64,000 nt of DNA, taken from Candidatus Culexarchaeum yellowstonense. GTDB taxonomy: Archaea > Thermoproteota > Methanomethylicia > Culexarchaeales > Culexarchaeaceae. The stretch is taken from the NCBI GenBank assembly GCA_024707015.1, contig JANGFR010000002.1, positions 74,007 to 138,006 on the forward strand, read 5' to 3'. Positions 20,263-30,724 of this stretch are shown in pieces (the first letter of the stretch is position 1; every line of letters begins with the position of its first letter). Under the pieces are notes generated by a model, which saw nothing but the letters and a program-made list of their open reading frames with translations, was not told the origin of the DNA and made no database searches. Both the position numbers and the translations under genes were made by a program.

Positions 20263-20724
20263 CTAAAAGAAGAATGGCACATCCTTCCAAACAATGTTAA
20301 GCCATTCAAATTCTGTGACAAGTTCCCTCCTATTAACAGCCTCCTGCAAACCCAATAGCAATGCGTGGTGACGCTTCTCATCATCAAGTATATACCTCAA
20401 AACATACTTCAACCTTTCATCTCCAATAACCTTTATAAGCTCCTCAACATCCCTCATCATTTTCAACTCAACATTTATATGCTCAGCAATGGTCTTCCCA
20501 AGCATCTCATATTCCCCTTCAGTTAGAGGTCTAGCTTCACCCTTCAACATTTCCACTAAAGCTCTAAAGAGATATGCATGTTTCCTAGAATCATATGCTA
20601 TACCAGCCATCAACGCTTTGACCATGACATTAGAAACCTTCGCTGAAGCATCCTCTAAGCTTGTAGCATTCCACTCCTCAGATTTAATCATATCCGTTAT
20701 TCTTGAAATCAACTGACCACTCAT
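20263..20724 (-). CDS. ferritin-like superfamily protein
   Basis: Helical protein with DSRKH, HINVE and DEKRHH diiron-type motifs. Confidence 0.7.
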   Translation of the reverse strand: MSGQLISRITDMIKSEEWNATSLEDASAKVSNVMVKALMAGIAYDSRKHAYLFRALVEMLKGEARPLTEGEYEMLGKTIAEHINVELKMMRDVEELIKVIGDERLKYVLRYILDDEKRHHALLLGLQEAVNRRELVTEFEWLNIVWKDVPFFF

Positions 20725-20782
20725 AAAACAATTTAGAAAAAAGGTGTTATATATGTGTTAGGGTTCAGAGGAGGACGCCCAT

Positions 20783-21853
20783 TTAATGGTTTGGATGAGC
20801 CTTTAAAACGTCGTTGAAAAGCCATGACATGTCGGAAGGTTTCCTCTTAAACTTAATCCTCTCATTCAATGCATGTGTTATTAGGGGTAGAGCAATTGTG
20901 GCATCGCAGTAGCATGTAACCCTCCTACCTTCAGCATCAATTTTACCCCAACTAATAGCCTCCTCCAATGTACAACCAGATAACCCACCCCACTGTGGAG
21001 AATCGGTTGTTATCTGTATGGCGTACTTATGTGGGTAATAGTATTCCTTCAAACTCTTCCTCATGAACCCTTTCCTACCAGGAACACCTTCATGCTTAGT
21101 CTTTGGGGATATGGAGATGGCTATGAGCTGGGTATAATCCTTGGGGACGCCGCCACCAATATATATGACGCCAATATCCTTAACCTTCTCACCTATACCC
21201 ACAAACTGGTCAAAGTCCTTAACGTTATCAACAATTATCGTTTTACCCTCATTCTTAGCCAATAGGAAGGCTTCACCGTAAGCGCTATCTGCAATTGCTG
21301 GACAGAATATGGGGACACCATGCTCCGCAGCCACAGCCACAATGCTCCTAACCCCCCTCTTCAAAAGCCACCTACCAAATAGATGTAAGAATTCCATTGT
21401 TGAGTAAATGTAGTCTTCACGTAAAGTCAGTATAAACTCCTTTATGAGCTCCTCCATAGCAGCATAATCCTTTTCAAGACCGTAAACATCATAATACCTA
21501 TTTATATCGGCTTTCAAAAGCTCCCTATCATTAACCATGTGACTACCCTGCCAATATGAGAATCCCATAGCTTCAACAATATCCTCTGAAACATTAGCCC
21601 CTGTGGAGACCAGCACATCAATAAACCTGTTCTCAATGAGCCAATTAATCATCTTCCACTGTCCAGCAGTACTCATGGATCCAGCTAAACCCATAATTAT
21701 CGTCACATTTGGATCCTTAATCATCTCCTCCCATACTTCCACAGATTCACCGAGCTTCCTACCCTGATAAGCGGTTTTAGCCATTTCTGCAAGCAACTGC
21801 GATATACTCTTCTCTTTCACCTCTATCGATTCAACCTTCCTCTTTAACTCCAC
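20783..21853 (-). CDS. dys: deoxyhypusine synthase family protein
   Basis: STGAN, CPAIADS, GGGVPK, WGGLSGCTLEEAISWGK (catalytic Lys present), DATIALP. Confidence 0.85.
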   Translation of the reverse strand: MELKRKVESIEVKEKSISQLLAEMAKTAYQGRKLGESVEVWEEMIKDPNVTIIMGLAGSMSTAGQWKMINWLIENRFIDVLVSTGANVSEDIVEAMGFSYWQGSHMVNDRELLKADINRYYDVYGLEKDYAAMEELIKEFILTLREDYIYSTMEFLHLFGRWLLKRGVRSIVAVAAEHGVPIFCPAIADSAYGEAFLLAKNEGKTIIVDNVKDFDQFVGIGEKVKDIGVIYIGGGVPKDYTQLIAISISPKTKHEGVPGRKGFMRKSLKEYYYPHKYAIQITTDSPQWGGLSGCTLEEAISWGKIDAEGRRVTCYCDATIALPLITHALNERIKFKRKPSDMSWLFNDVLKAHPNH

Positions 21854-22070
21854 TTTCAGATTATACCTCCGTTATTTCCTAATATGTAAGTTAATACACT
21901 TTTATCCTTTTCTATTCTAAACTTATATCTGAGAAAATGTGGTGAAAATGTATATTAATGTTGATAAACAGGATAATTTGGTTATAAACTTCATAATTCA
22001 TTTTTACTTTGAAAATATATGTGAAAAATCTATTTGAATCTATTAGAATGCTAATTTATTGTAGGGAGGG

Positions 22071-22970
22071 TTAGTTTCCCAATACTTCAAGGACCTCTAA
22101 ACTTATGTCCACACGCTCGGGATTCATGGTTATCCTGCTGGTGCTTATAACGTCAACATCCAATTTAGCATAATCGGTAATATTATCAAAACCTATTCCA
22201 CCACTCACTTCAATGATAACCTTATCCCTTAATCCTCTCCGCTTAAGCTCATTTAAAACATTTGAACATTCCTCAACACTCATATTATCCAGCATTATTA
22301 TGTCAGCTCCAGCTTCAACAGCTTCAATAGTCTCCTCCAAACTCTTAACTTCCACTTCAACCTTATGCATGAATGACGCCCTCTCCCTAGCAGTCTTAAC
22401 TGCATTGGCAACACCACCTAGAATTGCAATATGATTATCCTTCACCAATACTGCATCGCTAAGAGAGAATCTATGGGTATCTCCACCACCATAAGCCACA
22501 GCCCTCTTAACCAGATACCTTAATCCAGGGGGAACCTTGCGGGTGGCAGCCAACCTAACCCTCCCATTAACCATCCTAACCTTGTTGAGGAGAGTCCTTG
22601 TTGAAGTGGCAACACCAAATAGGTAGGATAGGAGGTTCAGTAGAGTCCTCTCCACTAGAAGTATACTCCTCGCAGAACCTTCAAGAAACATTAAAACATC
22701 TCCAGCTTTAAAATCTTGACCGCTCCTAACTCTACATTCAACCCTAATTCCTAGAAGCTCTAAAACCTCAGATAAATCTTCAATGCAAGCAACAACCCCA
22801 CTAGACTTGGCTATGACTGCAGCCTTAACTTTGCAATCCCTTGGAATTAGGAGTTCCGAGGTTAAATCCCCATGTGGAGCATCTTCAAGAAGCCATTTCA
22901 TAAAAGCGTCACGTAGCAACCCCATAATACCATCACTCCAGCAACTCCAAGGAGTTGAATATTGCCTCAC
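22071..22970 (-). CDS. nadC: nicotinate-nucleotide diphosphorylase (quinolinate phosphoribosyltransferase)
   Basis: ERTLLN, ATRK, HRFSLSDAVLVKDNH, EVEV, IMLDN and EVSGG motifs; true start probably the later ATG (MGLLRD). Confidence 0.95.
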   Translation of the reverse strand: MRQYSTPWSCWSDGIMGLLRDAFMKWLLEDAPHGDLTSELLIPRDCKVKAAVIAKSSGVVACIEDLSEVLELLGIRVECRVRSGQDFKAGDVLMFLEGSARSILLVERTLLNLLSYLFGVATSTRTLLNKVRMVNGRVRLAATRKVPPGLRYLVKRAVAYGGGDTHRFSLSDAVLVKDNHIAILGGVANAVKTARERASFMHKVEVEVKSLEETIEAVEAGADIIMLDNMSVEECSNVLNELKRRGLRDKVIIEVSGGIGFDNITDYAKLDVDVISTSRITMNPERVDISLEVLEVLGN

Positions 22971-23841
22971 GGGCTTTAGAGATTACTTCACGATCCAATG
23001 TAACTCTAAACTTAAGATTCTCAAGGCAATTTATAATCTTCCTTGGGGTGATCTTCTTCATATCAACACATACAGCTCTACAGTTGACTGGGAAAATCCT
23101 CTTACCCTCATAAAGCTTCCTAGCTCTATAAGTCAACCCCTCCTCAGTACCTAGGAGGAATTCATCCCCCTCAAGATCGCCAATAGCCCTAATCATACCA
23201 CTAGTGCTACCAACAAAATGTGCAATTCTACGGACACCTCTAGGAACCTCTGGGTGGACGAGTAGTTTAGCATTGGGATGAAGCTTCAAAGCCTCCAAAA
23301 CATAATATTCATCCAATAGATATTCGTGGACTGGGCAATGGGATTCTGGAGATAACTGTATAACATTAACATTCAATTTCTCAGAAATGTAATCGGCAAG
23401 ATTCCGATCAGGCCCAAAAATCACATTTTCAACATTCAACTTCGAAATAAGCCTCAGAATAGAGGAGCTTGTTACAAAGTAGTCTGCAGCAGCCTTAACC
23501 TCAATGGGAGAATTAACGTAAACCACCACGGGGACACCCTTAAACCTACTCCTAAAATCAGAAATCAAACCAGCATTAACACTATCAGCCAATGGACATC
23601 TGGAATTAGGTTCCGGATGCAAAACGATCCTATCTGGGTTTATTGCAGCCACAATTTCAGCCATAAACCTAACACCAGCCACAACAATCACATCAGCATC
23701 CAAATCAACAGCCCTAAAAGCCATTTCAAGACTATCCCCAACGAAATCAGCTAAATCCTGAACTTCTGGGGGCTGATAGTTGTGTGCAAGTATAACAGCC
23801 TTACGCCTCCTCTTCAAATCCTCAAGCAAATCTAAACTCAA
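22933..23841 (-). CDS. nadA: quinolinate synthase A
   Basis: LAHNYQ, GDSL, GVRFMAE, CPLA, YVNS, CPVH, HPE, GTE and CVDMK motifs. Confidence 0.95.
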   Translation of the reverse strand: MSLDLLEDLKRRRKAVILAHNYQPPEVQDLADFVGDSLEMAFRAVDLDADVIVVAGVRFMAEIVAAINPDRIVLHPEPNSRCPLADSVNAGLISDFRSRFKGVPVVVYVNSPIEVKAAADYFVTSSSILRLISKLNVENVIFGPDRNLADYISEKLNVNVIQLSPESHCPVHEYLLDEYYVLEALKLHPNAKLLVHPEVPRGVRRIAHFVGSTSGMIRAIGDLEGDEFLLGTEEGLTYRARKLYEGKRIFPVNCRAVCVDMKKITPRKIINCLENLKFRVTLDREVISKAREAIFNSLELLE

Positions 23842-23964
23842 AACACATCAACCCCACAAGAGCGCCATCCAAACATTTAGTATAAATTGTTTAGAGAGAT
23901 TATAATAAAGATATCCCAGAATTCTGGTAAACGTTTAAATGCTTAACTGGGATTAATGTGATAC

Positions 23965-25110
23965 ATGATTGATTTAAGGGAATTTAGACTTGAAAGATGG
24001 CAAAGCCTAAGGGAAACCAAGGCAAAAATACTTTTAAGTGAAAGTGGAGTTGAACCACTAAGCATTGGAGAACTCAAAGAGATAATTGGAGAACCAATAC
24101 TTGAAGATGAATTTACAATTGGATATGGATGGACTAAGGGAAGCATTGAACTTAGAGAAGCAATAATGAATACTTATCAAGCAAAGCTGAACGTGGATAA
24201 CATACTCGTAACCCATGGAAGCGTAGAAGCAAACCTATTGGTAACATTATCGCAAGTGAAAAGTGGAGACAAAGTAATACTGGAGAAGCCAAACTACATG
24301 CAAATACATGGATTAACAGAATGGATTGGAGCAAAACAAAACTTCATATGGAGGAAGAGGGAAAACGATTTCAAAATAGATTTAACGGAACTCATAAACT
24401 TAATGAGAAGGGAGAAGCCTAAAGCAATATTCCTAACAAACCCAAACAACCCCACAGGACAATATCTAACCACAAAGGAATTGGAAGAAGTATATGTTGA
24501 AGCGGAAAGGTTAAATGCAAAGGTTATTGTGGATGAAGTCTACCTTGGAACAGAACATGAAGATGATAAGTTAAAGAGCATAGCGGATATAGGATTTGAA
24601 AGTGGAAACTTTATAGCTACATCAGGATTATCAAAGGCATACGGACTCCCAGGACTTAGAATCGGATGGATAATAGCTGGGGAAAGGGAGATAGAGAGGA
24701 TGTGGAGCTTAAAGGATTACACAACAATAGCACCATCAAAGATAAGTGATAAAATAGCATCCAAATGCCTACAACCACAAGCAAGAATGAAGATACTGGA
24801 AAGAACGAAAAGGATATTGAATGAGAATGTGAAAATCCTAAAAGAAGCTTCCAAAAACCTAGAGAAAATTAGAGTGCATATGCCGAAGGCTGGAGCAATA
24901 TTCCTAATGGAATTCATAGATAGAAGTGACGATGAAGAGATATGTGAAGAACTATTCAGAGAATATGGGATACTAATATGCCCAGGATCCACATTCGATT
25001 TAAAGGGGTTTGCAAGAGTTGGCATGGGAGCTAAACCAGAATTATTCAAAGAAAGACTGGAAATATTGAAACAATCCATTACAAAAATACTCTCAAAGGA
25101 GAAAGGTTAA
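23965..25110 (+). CDS. PLP-dependent aminotransferase class I/II
   Basis: NPNNPTG, DEVY and SGLSKAYGLPGLRIGW motifs. Confidence 0.92.
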   Translation: MIDLREFRLERWQSLRETKAKILLSESGVEPLSIGELKEIIGEPILEDEFTIGYGWTKGSIELREAIMNTYQAKLNVDNILVTHGSVEANLLVTLSQVKSGDKVILEKPNYMQIHGLTEWIGAKQNFIWRKRENDFKIDLTELINLMRREKPKAIFLTNPNNPTGQYLTTKELEEVYVEAERLNAKVIVDEVYLGTEHEDDKLKSIADIGFESGNFIATSGLSKAYGLPGLRIGWIIAGEREIERMWSLKDYTTIAPSKISDKIASKCLQPQARMKILERTKRILNENVKILKEASKNLEKIRVHMPKAGAIFLMEFIDRSDDEEICEELFREYGILICPGSTFDLKGFARVGMGAKPELFKERLEILKQSITKILSKEKG

Positions 25111-25154
25111 AGCATATAAGCACATATGCAAACTTTGATTTAATGGTGTGAATA

Positions 25155-25934
25155 ATGAGTCTTGAGTGGAGGATAAGTAGACTGATATGGGAGTACACTG
25201 CGAAGGATTGGGTGGAAAACATTATAAAAAATGATGTTACAATAGTTGGGGCAGGACCCTCCGGATTAACAGCCTCAAAATATCTAGCGGAAAAAGGTTT
25301 GAAAACCGTGATTATAGAGAAGAGGCTCAGCTTTGGTGGAGGGATTGGCGGAGGCGGAATGCTACTACACAAAGTTGTTGTGGGTGAAGAGGCAAAACAG
25401 ATACTGGATGAAATGAACATTAAAGCTGTTAAAGCAGATGAAGGACTCTATGTTGTAGACACATATGAATTAATGACGAAACTAGCTTACAACGCCATTG
25501 AAGCTGGTGCAAAGATAGTATATGGACTCCAAGTGGATGACGTGATATATAGGGATAACCCACCAAGAATAACTGGCGTAGTAGTATTGTGGTCGGCAAT
25601 ACCCCTATCCGGATTACATGTAGACCCACTATTCATAGAATCAAAAGCAGTTGTAGATGCAACTGGACATGAAGCACAAGTAATATCCATAGCTTCAAAG
25701 AAGAATCCATCACTAAACATAAGCGTGATGGGGGAGAGATCAGCATACGCAGAACTTGCAGAGAAGCTTGTGGTAGACTACACTGGGAGAATCATACCAG
25801 GACTCTACGCAACAGGAATGTCAGTTGCAGCCATATACAACCTACCAAGAATGGGACCAATATTTGGAGGAATGCTACTATCAGGGAAAAAGATTGCAGA
25901 AATAATATACAACGACATCAAGAAAACCCAATAA
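25155..25934 (+). CDS. thi4: sulfide-dependent adenosine diphosphate thiazole synthase (Thi4, His-type)
   Basis: [24 protein letters not shown] and [13 protein letters not shown] motifs. Confidence 0.93.
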   Translation: MSLEWRISRLIWEYTAKDWVENIIKNDVTIVGAGPSGLTASKYLAEKGLKTVIIEKRLSFGGGIGGGGMLLHKVVVGEEAKQILDEMNIKAVKADEGLYVVDTYELMTKLAYNAIEAGAKIVYGLQVDDVIYRDNPPRITGVVVLWSAIPLSGLHVDPLFIESKAVVDATGHEAQVISIASKKNPSLNISVMGERSAYAELAEKLVVDYTGRIIPGLYATGMSVAAIYNLPRMGPIFGGMLLSGKKIAEIIYNDIKKTQ

Positions 25935-25962
25935 ACAATAAAGGAAGTTATAACAAAAACAT

Positions 25963-25970
25963 AAAAAAAA
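25963..25970 (-). terminator. oligo-T (T8) archaeal terminator candidate
   Basis: A8 on + strand just past the stop of the minus-strand gene ending at 25977. Confidence 0.45.
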
Positions 25971-25976
25971 GAAGTT

Positions 25977-27221
25977 TTATGTTTTCAGTATAATGGCCCA
26001 GCATGGCAAACTATAATCAGCATTAACAGTCCTATAAACCTTAATATAATATACCGAAACGGTATAACCACTCTCACAATAAACTATTACTGTAGCATCT
26101 ACTGCATACCCACTCTTTAGAACTAAACACACATCAATTGAGACTACCAATGATACTGGCAAATAATCTAATGGTATGGTACGCACAAACCCAAACCCGG
26201 GAAGCGCAAACTGTGTACTTACATCTTCACGAAGCTTAACATCAGTTGTAGGATTTGCAGGGTATAAACCCTGCCCAGGAGAGCTCTTCAAAAATTGTTC
26301 AGTACCACCAATGTCGTCAACACCTTTAGTAGTATCTAGGGAATCCGGAAGATGATAACGTATGTATACCCTATGCTCCCTATAAAGTTCACCGCCATCA
26401 GCAGGCTCCTCATACTCCCAACACTCATAAGTAAATGTGACTAAACATGAAATATAGTTAACGCTACTCTGCGGAACATTAAATAAGAGTGTTTTCTCAC
26501 TTTGTGATGTAACCCAACTTATCTCCTTATCAACTTTCCATGGAATTATTATTGTACCACTATATTTTAAAGTGACTGAGAACGTGCATTTGAAAGCTAT
26601 CTCCTCATATTTATTCATAGTATAATCAACGGTAGCCGTGGTATGGGGGTCTGTAGCCACTTTGAATAATGTTTCTCTTAGTGATTCCTCCTTGCTGTAT
26701 ACTAGTGTGGCCCATGGAGGGGCTTGTTGTTTGTAGTTAACTGTGGAGGCAAGTGCACCTTCAACCTTAAGGAGCCTATCCTTCAGCTCTACCATTGTGC
26801 TGGTGATCAGTGGGCCAATGGTTTTTAATGGTAATTTCACGGATCCAGTTCCAAAGTACTTGTATTCCCCAACCCTCCCTATGACGGTTATGTAGAATCC
26901 TGGACTAATTTGTATGGCTTTTTGAACGGAATTCCAATTAATTATTGGTTTGATTACCTCTCCTATTGAGAATTCAAATGTTGCCATTCCTTGATTATCT
27001 GTAGAGGCCACTGCCATTAGGCGGGTTCCATTCGGGGTTACTGCAAAAACGTATACATTGGCATCGCTAACGGCTTTATCATCCTTAACCACAAGGACGG
27101 CCAAATGAATTGTGTTAAGCTCCTTTCCTACAACAATTGCACCATACAATGAGACTATGAAGAGCAATATGATAATTATAGTTCTCAAATTCGATTTTAT
27201 AATAAACATTACGGATCCCAA
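25977..27221 (-). CDS. hypothetical secreted/cell-surface protein
   Basis: 414 aa; N-terminal hydrophobic helix; VSDANVYVF...TDNQGMATF beta-sandwich-like segment; TATATATA box upstream. Confidence 0.7.
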   Translation of the reverse strand: MGSVMFIIKSNLRTIIIILLFIVSLYGAIVVGKELNTIHLAVLVVKDDKAVSDANVYVFAVTPNGTRLMAVASTDNQGMATFEFSIGEVIKPIINWNSVQKAIQISPGFYITVIGRVGEYKYFGTGSVKLPLKTIGPLITSTMVELKDRLLKVEGALASTVNYKQQAPPWATLVYSKEESLRETLFKVATDPHTTATVDYTMNKYEEIAFKCTFSVTLKYSGTIIIPWKVDKEISWVTSQSEKTLLFNVPQSSVNYISCLVTFTYECWEYEEPADGGELYREHRVYIRYHLPDSLDTTKGVDDIGGTEQFLKSSPGQGLYPANPTTDVKLREDVSTQFALPGFGFVRTIPLDYLPVSLVVSIDVCLVLKSGYAVDATVIVYCESGYTVSVYYIKVYRTVNADYSLPCWAIILKT

Positions 27222-27314
27222 AAATTTTAGTTTGAATTCAAGTATATATATCGCTAGCTAAAGCGATTAAGGTTTAAAAAAAGATTGGTTTTGAGTAGCC
27301 GATGTTGGATTGTT

Positions 27315-28214
27315 TTACCAGTTTATTTCTGGTCTTAGGTTTAGGTAGTATGCTATGTTGGCTTTACCGTTTATTACTGGTTTAATTTTACCTTTGCTTG
27401 AGGTTAGTATAGTTGTTACTCCTGGACCGTGGCCTGCAATATATGAATTTGTGTGTACAACTACGCCTATGGTTACAGCCCCCCTCCTATAAATTCTACC
27501 GTAAGTGCTATCTGCATCCATTATTGCAACTATGTCTCCAAGTCTCAGTGTGGATAAATTATGCTTCTTAACAGTTTCCTCATCGAATAATGTTATGTCG
27601 TAATCTCCACTGTATGTTTGATTGCTACCTAAACCGGAACCCATTATCCCAGCTGGAATTATATGTGTAACTCCAACTACGAGGCAATCTCCCTCAACGG
27701 ATAGGTTCATCTTCATTAGTAGTGATGGATCTATATTCATTACTGTGATGTCTGGGAAGTCTAGGAGTTTTAATCCTTGACCGAAGGCTTTAACTTGAAC
27801 TTTATCCCCTATAACCAGTTTATCCAAAACTTCCGGTGGGAAATCCACCATAACATGTTCTATTCCACCATGCTTACCAGTGATGTATCCAATTGCCCCC
27901 TTAGCTTCCCCACTAACAACTCTAGCCTCATTACCAATACATGATAGAACGTTCAATGCATTATTAGGCCCTTCAGGGTTACCTGGGTAGCTGGATAAAT
28001 TCTTTATGCTAACACCAGGCTCCACGTGATCTGCAACCCAATTGACAGCTGAATCTCCAACGCGAACATTATACCTTATCCCACCAACCCCTGGGCACAC
28101 TATCAATTGGCCGAAAGCTGAAATGTTGTATGGTGGATACCTGAATACTGGGCTTGCCACTTCACCTATCACAGAAACTTTAACAAGCCTATCAACATTG
28201 GTTTTCAAATTCAT
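27315..28214 (-). CDS. DUF4438-like family protein
   Basis: ADHVEPGVS, CIGN, GKHGGIEH, MGSGLG, GDYDI and AGHGPG motifs as recalled for this family. Confidence 0.75.
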   Translation of the reverse strand: MNLKTNVDRLVKVSVIGEVASPVFRYPPYNISAFGQLIVCPGVGGIRYNVRVGDSAVNWVADHVEPGVSIKNLSSYPGNPEGPNNALNVLSCIGNEARVVSGEAKGAIGYITGKHGGIEHVMVDFPPEVLDKLVIGDKVQVKAFGQGLKLLDFPDITVMNIDPSLLMKMNLSVEGDCLVVGVTHIIPAGIMGSGLGSNQTYSGDYDITLFDEETVKKHNLSTLRLGDIVAIMDADSTYGRIYRRGAVTIGVVVHTNSYIAGHGPGVTTILTSSKGKIKPVINGKANIAYYLNLRPEINW

Positions 28215-28235
28215 TTAGATCACCATTAAGAATTA

Positions 28236-28778
28236 TTATTGTTTACCAAATTTAAAGGATTCCACATTCAACTTTACACCATAAGATTCAATGCTCACAA
28301 TATCCTCCAATGAAACTCTAGTGGATGTGCGTTCATGCGCCGGATATCCAAGGGTAATTGCACATACAACCCTAAACTTGTCTGGGATGTTTAGGATCCT
28401 CTTAAACTCACTTTCAAAGGGTGTGAATTGGACGCCAATCCAACATGAACCCAACCCTTCAGAGAAGGCTGTTAAAAGGATGTTTTGAACTGCTGCACCA
28501 GCATCATTCTGCCAGAATACTGGAGACTTCTCAGGGTCTGCTAAGACAACTATAACCACTGGGCTGGAGGCCATATGCTTACCATAAGGATGTATGCTTG
28601 CAAGCTTCTCACGAACAGATTTATCCCTAACAATTATGAAGTGCCATGGCTGTGAATTGTGAGCTGATGGAGCCCACCTAGCAGCTTCCAAACACTTCAA
28701 AACCTTCTCAGGCTCCACAGGCTTATCCAAATACCTCCTAATACTCCTCCTCTTCAATATGGCTTCCAAGACATCCAT
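28236..28778 (-). CDS. nitroreductase family protein
   Basis: RRSIRRY, APSAHNSQPWHF and GLGSCWIG motifs. Confidence 0.93.
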   Translation of the reverse strand: MDVLEAILKRRSIRRYLDKPVEPEKVLKCLEAARWAPSAHNSQPWHFIIVRDKSVREKLASIHPYGKHMASSPVVIVVLADPEKSPVFWQNDAGAAVQNILLTAFSEGLGSCWIGVQFTPFESEFKRILNIPDKFRVVCAITLGYPAHERTSTRVSLEDIVSIESYGVKLNVESFKFGKQ

Positions 28779-28823
28779 GATAAAACTATTTCCTAGACAA
28801 CCTATATAAACGTTAATATGACG

Positions 28824-30071
28824 CTAAAAGCGGTATTCCACTCTAACCCCCTCAGATGGACGTGAATAGAATGCCATTGGAAATCCACGATCAATACAGG
28901 CTTTACAAACCCTTTCCGCAGAACCCTCATCCCTAACTAAACCGATAATAGCTCCACCAAGCCCAGCTCCAGAAATCTTAGCTCCCAAAGCACCATTATC
29001 AATCATAACCCTCCTAATATCCTCAAGTATTGGTAGACTAACATCATAGTAATCCCTCAAAAGTTCATGCTGATAATTAACTATTAAACCAAGCAAACTC
29101 AATTTATCTTCAAAATCCACATGACACTCTAAATTCATGAGGCTACTAAGATCTTCAAATCTAGGTTTAATGACCCCCTTAATTAAATTCACAGCGTAAA
29201 TCGTGGATTTATTCATTTTAATTGTGAATATGAGTCTATTGGCAAGCTTTTTGGGTATGGAATTCAAGTATGGTTTGAGATCTTCCTCAGAAATTAAATG
29301 CCATGAAACTCTATCATAGGATGTTGAAAGCTTAGACTTCAGATTCTCATCAACACCAACCTCAAATAACAATATCCTTAAAGCTTCATTAAGCTCAGCC
29401 TGTCTAACTGGGTGAACATTGAAAATCCTCCTATGAACTCCTGAATCCACAACCACGAAAACTAAGTCTTCATGGGGTAGATGCTCAATGGTGCATGGAG
29501 GCTTAGGATCTAGGAGAACTACTCCACCATAAGAACATGCATACTGATCCAATCTACCACAAGGAATACCCATAACATCATGCTCAGCGAAGTAAGCCAA
29601 TTCAGCAATCCTATGCCTATCTAGATTCAACCCATAAATTTCGGATACAAGCTTAATTATTGAAACTTCAAGGGCAGCACTACTTGCAAGACCGGAACCC
29701 ATGGGTATTTCACTCCACAAAACAATATTAATGCCATTTAGTTTGAAGCCGAAAACATCCATAGACTTGAAAACAGCTCTAACATAATCCCCAAACCATC
29801 CACCACCAATAAGATTGAAATCACCAATACTGAAACTATCAAAACCATTGGGAATATTTAGTGAAGTGAAATTTACAACTCCACCACAACCCCTAACACC
29901 AGCCACATAACATCTAAGATTAATGGCAACTGGAACTACTGGTAAACCCTTATAATCTTGATGGGTATTCAGGAAGTCAACTCTACCAGGACTGGATACT
30001 AAAACTGGTTTAAAATTTGCATTGGAGGGGAGATGTGAAATCAATTTACGGCGAATTTCACTTGCATCCAC
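28824..30071 (-). CDS. GHMP kinase, galactokinase-like
   Basis: PGRVD...HQDY, IPMGSGLASSAA, CGRLDQ and GAKISGAGLGG motifs; GalK GEHTDY is altered to NTHQDY, so substrate uncertain. Confidence 0.85.
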   Translation of the reverse strand: MDASEIRRKLISHLPSNANFKPVLVSSPGRVDFLNTHQDYKGLPVVPVAINLRCYVAGVRGCGGVVNFTSLNIPNGFDSFSIGDFNLIGGGWFGDYVRAVFKSMDVFGFKLNGINIVLWSEIPMGSGLASSAALEVSIIKLVSEIYGLNLDRHRIAELAYFAEHDVMGIPCGRLDQYACSYGGVVLLDPKPPCTIEHLPHEDLVFVVVDSGVHRRIFNVHPVRQAELNEALRILLFEVGVDENLKSKLSTSYDRVSWHLISEEDLKPYLNSIPKKLANRLIFTIKMNKSTIYAVNLIKGVIKPRFEDLSSLMNLECHVDFEDKLSLLGLIVNYQHELLRDYYDVSLPILEDIRRVMIDNGALGAKISGAGLGGAIIGLVRDEGSAERVCKACIDRGFPMAFYSRPSEGVRVEYRF

Positions 30072-30108
30072 AATAATGATATAAGGTGAAGTTTTATAGA
30101 AATTTATT

Positions 30109-30690
30109 GTGAATGATATGGAGTTGGAGAAGATTGATTTGGATAAATTCTATTTGATATTGCATCCAAGACCAGCATATGTTATAGGTTCTGGGAAGTT
30201 TGGTGAGAAAGTGAATTTCATGGCTGCAAGCTGGGTTACACCCATGGGTGAAGAACCCCCACTAGTCTGCGTAGCCATAGGTAAGGGGAGTTTGACCAAT
30301 GAATTGATACGTGAGTATAGGCAGTTTTCAGTGAACATACTTCCAATAGATAGAGTCAACGAACTATACACAGTTGGAACTGTTAGTGGTAGGGAGATGG
30401 ATAAAACCAAGATATTGAAGGCTGTGGAGGGTGATGAATTAACAGTTCCAATAGTTGAAGATGCCATAGCAGTCCTCGAATGTGAATTATGGGATAAAGT
30501 TGAATCAAATGATGTCACACTATTTATAGGGCAAGTTGTAAATGCAAAGGCAAACCCAAAATACTTCAACCAGAAAACGGGATGGAATATTAGGGATAAC
30601 CCAGTACCATTACACAATTGGGGTAAAGGCTTCCATAGAGTAGGCCAATTCATAATGGCAAAAACACTAGAGAAACATGAAACAAAATGA
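30109..30690 (+). CDS. flavin reductase family (flavoredoxin-like) protein
   Basis: PRPAYVI, NFMAASW, PPLV, GTVSGR..DK and LECE motifs. Confidence 0.88.
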   Translation: MNDMELEKIDLDKFYLILHPRPAYVIGSGKFGEKVNFMAASWVTPMGEEPPLVCVAIGKGSLTNELIREYRQFSVNILPIDRVNELYTVGTVSGREMDKTKILKAVEGDELTVPIVEDAIAVLECELWDKVESNDVTLFIGQVVNAKANPKYFNQKTGWNIRDNPVPLHNWGKGFHRVGQFIMAKTLEKHETK

Positions 30691-30724
30691 TTAAAGAAAT
30701 ATTGCAGTAAAAACAATTTCACTT

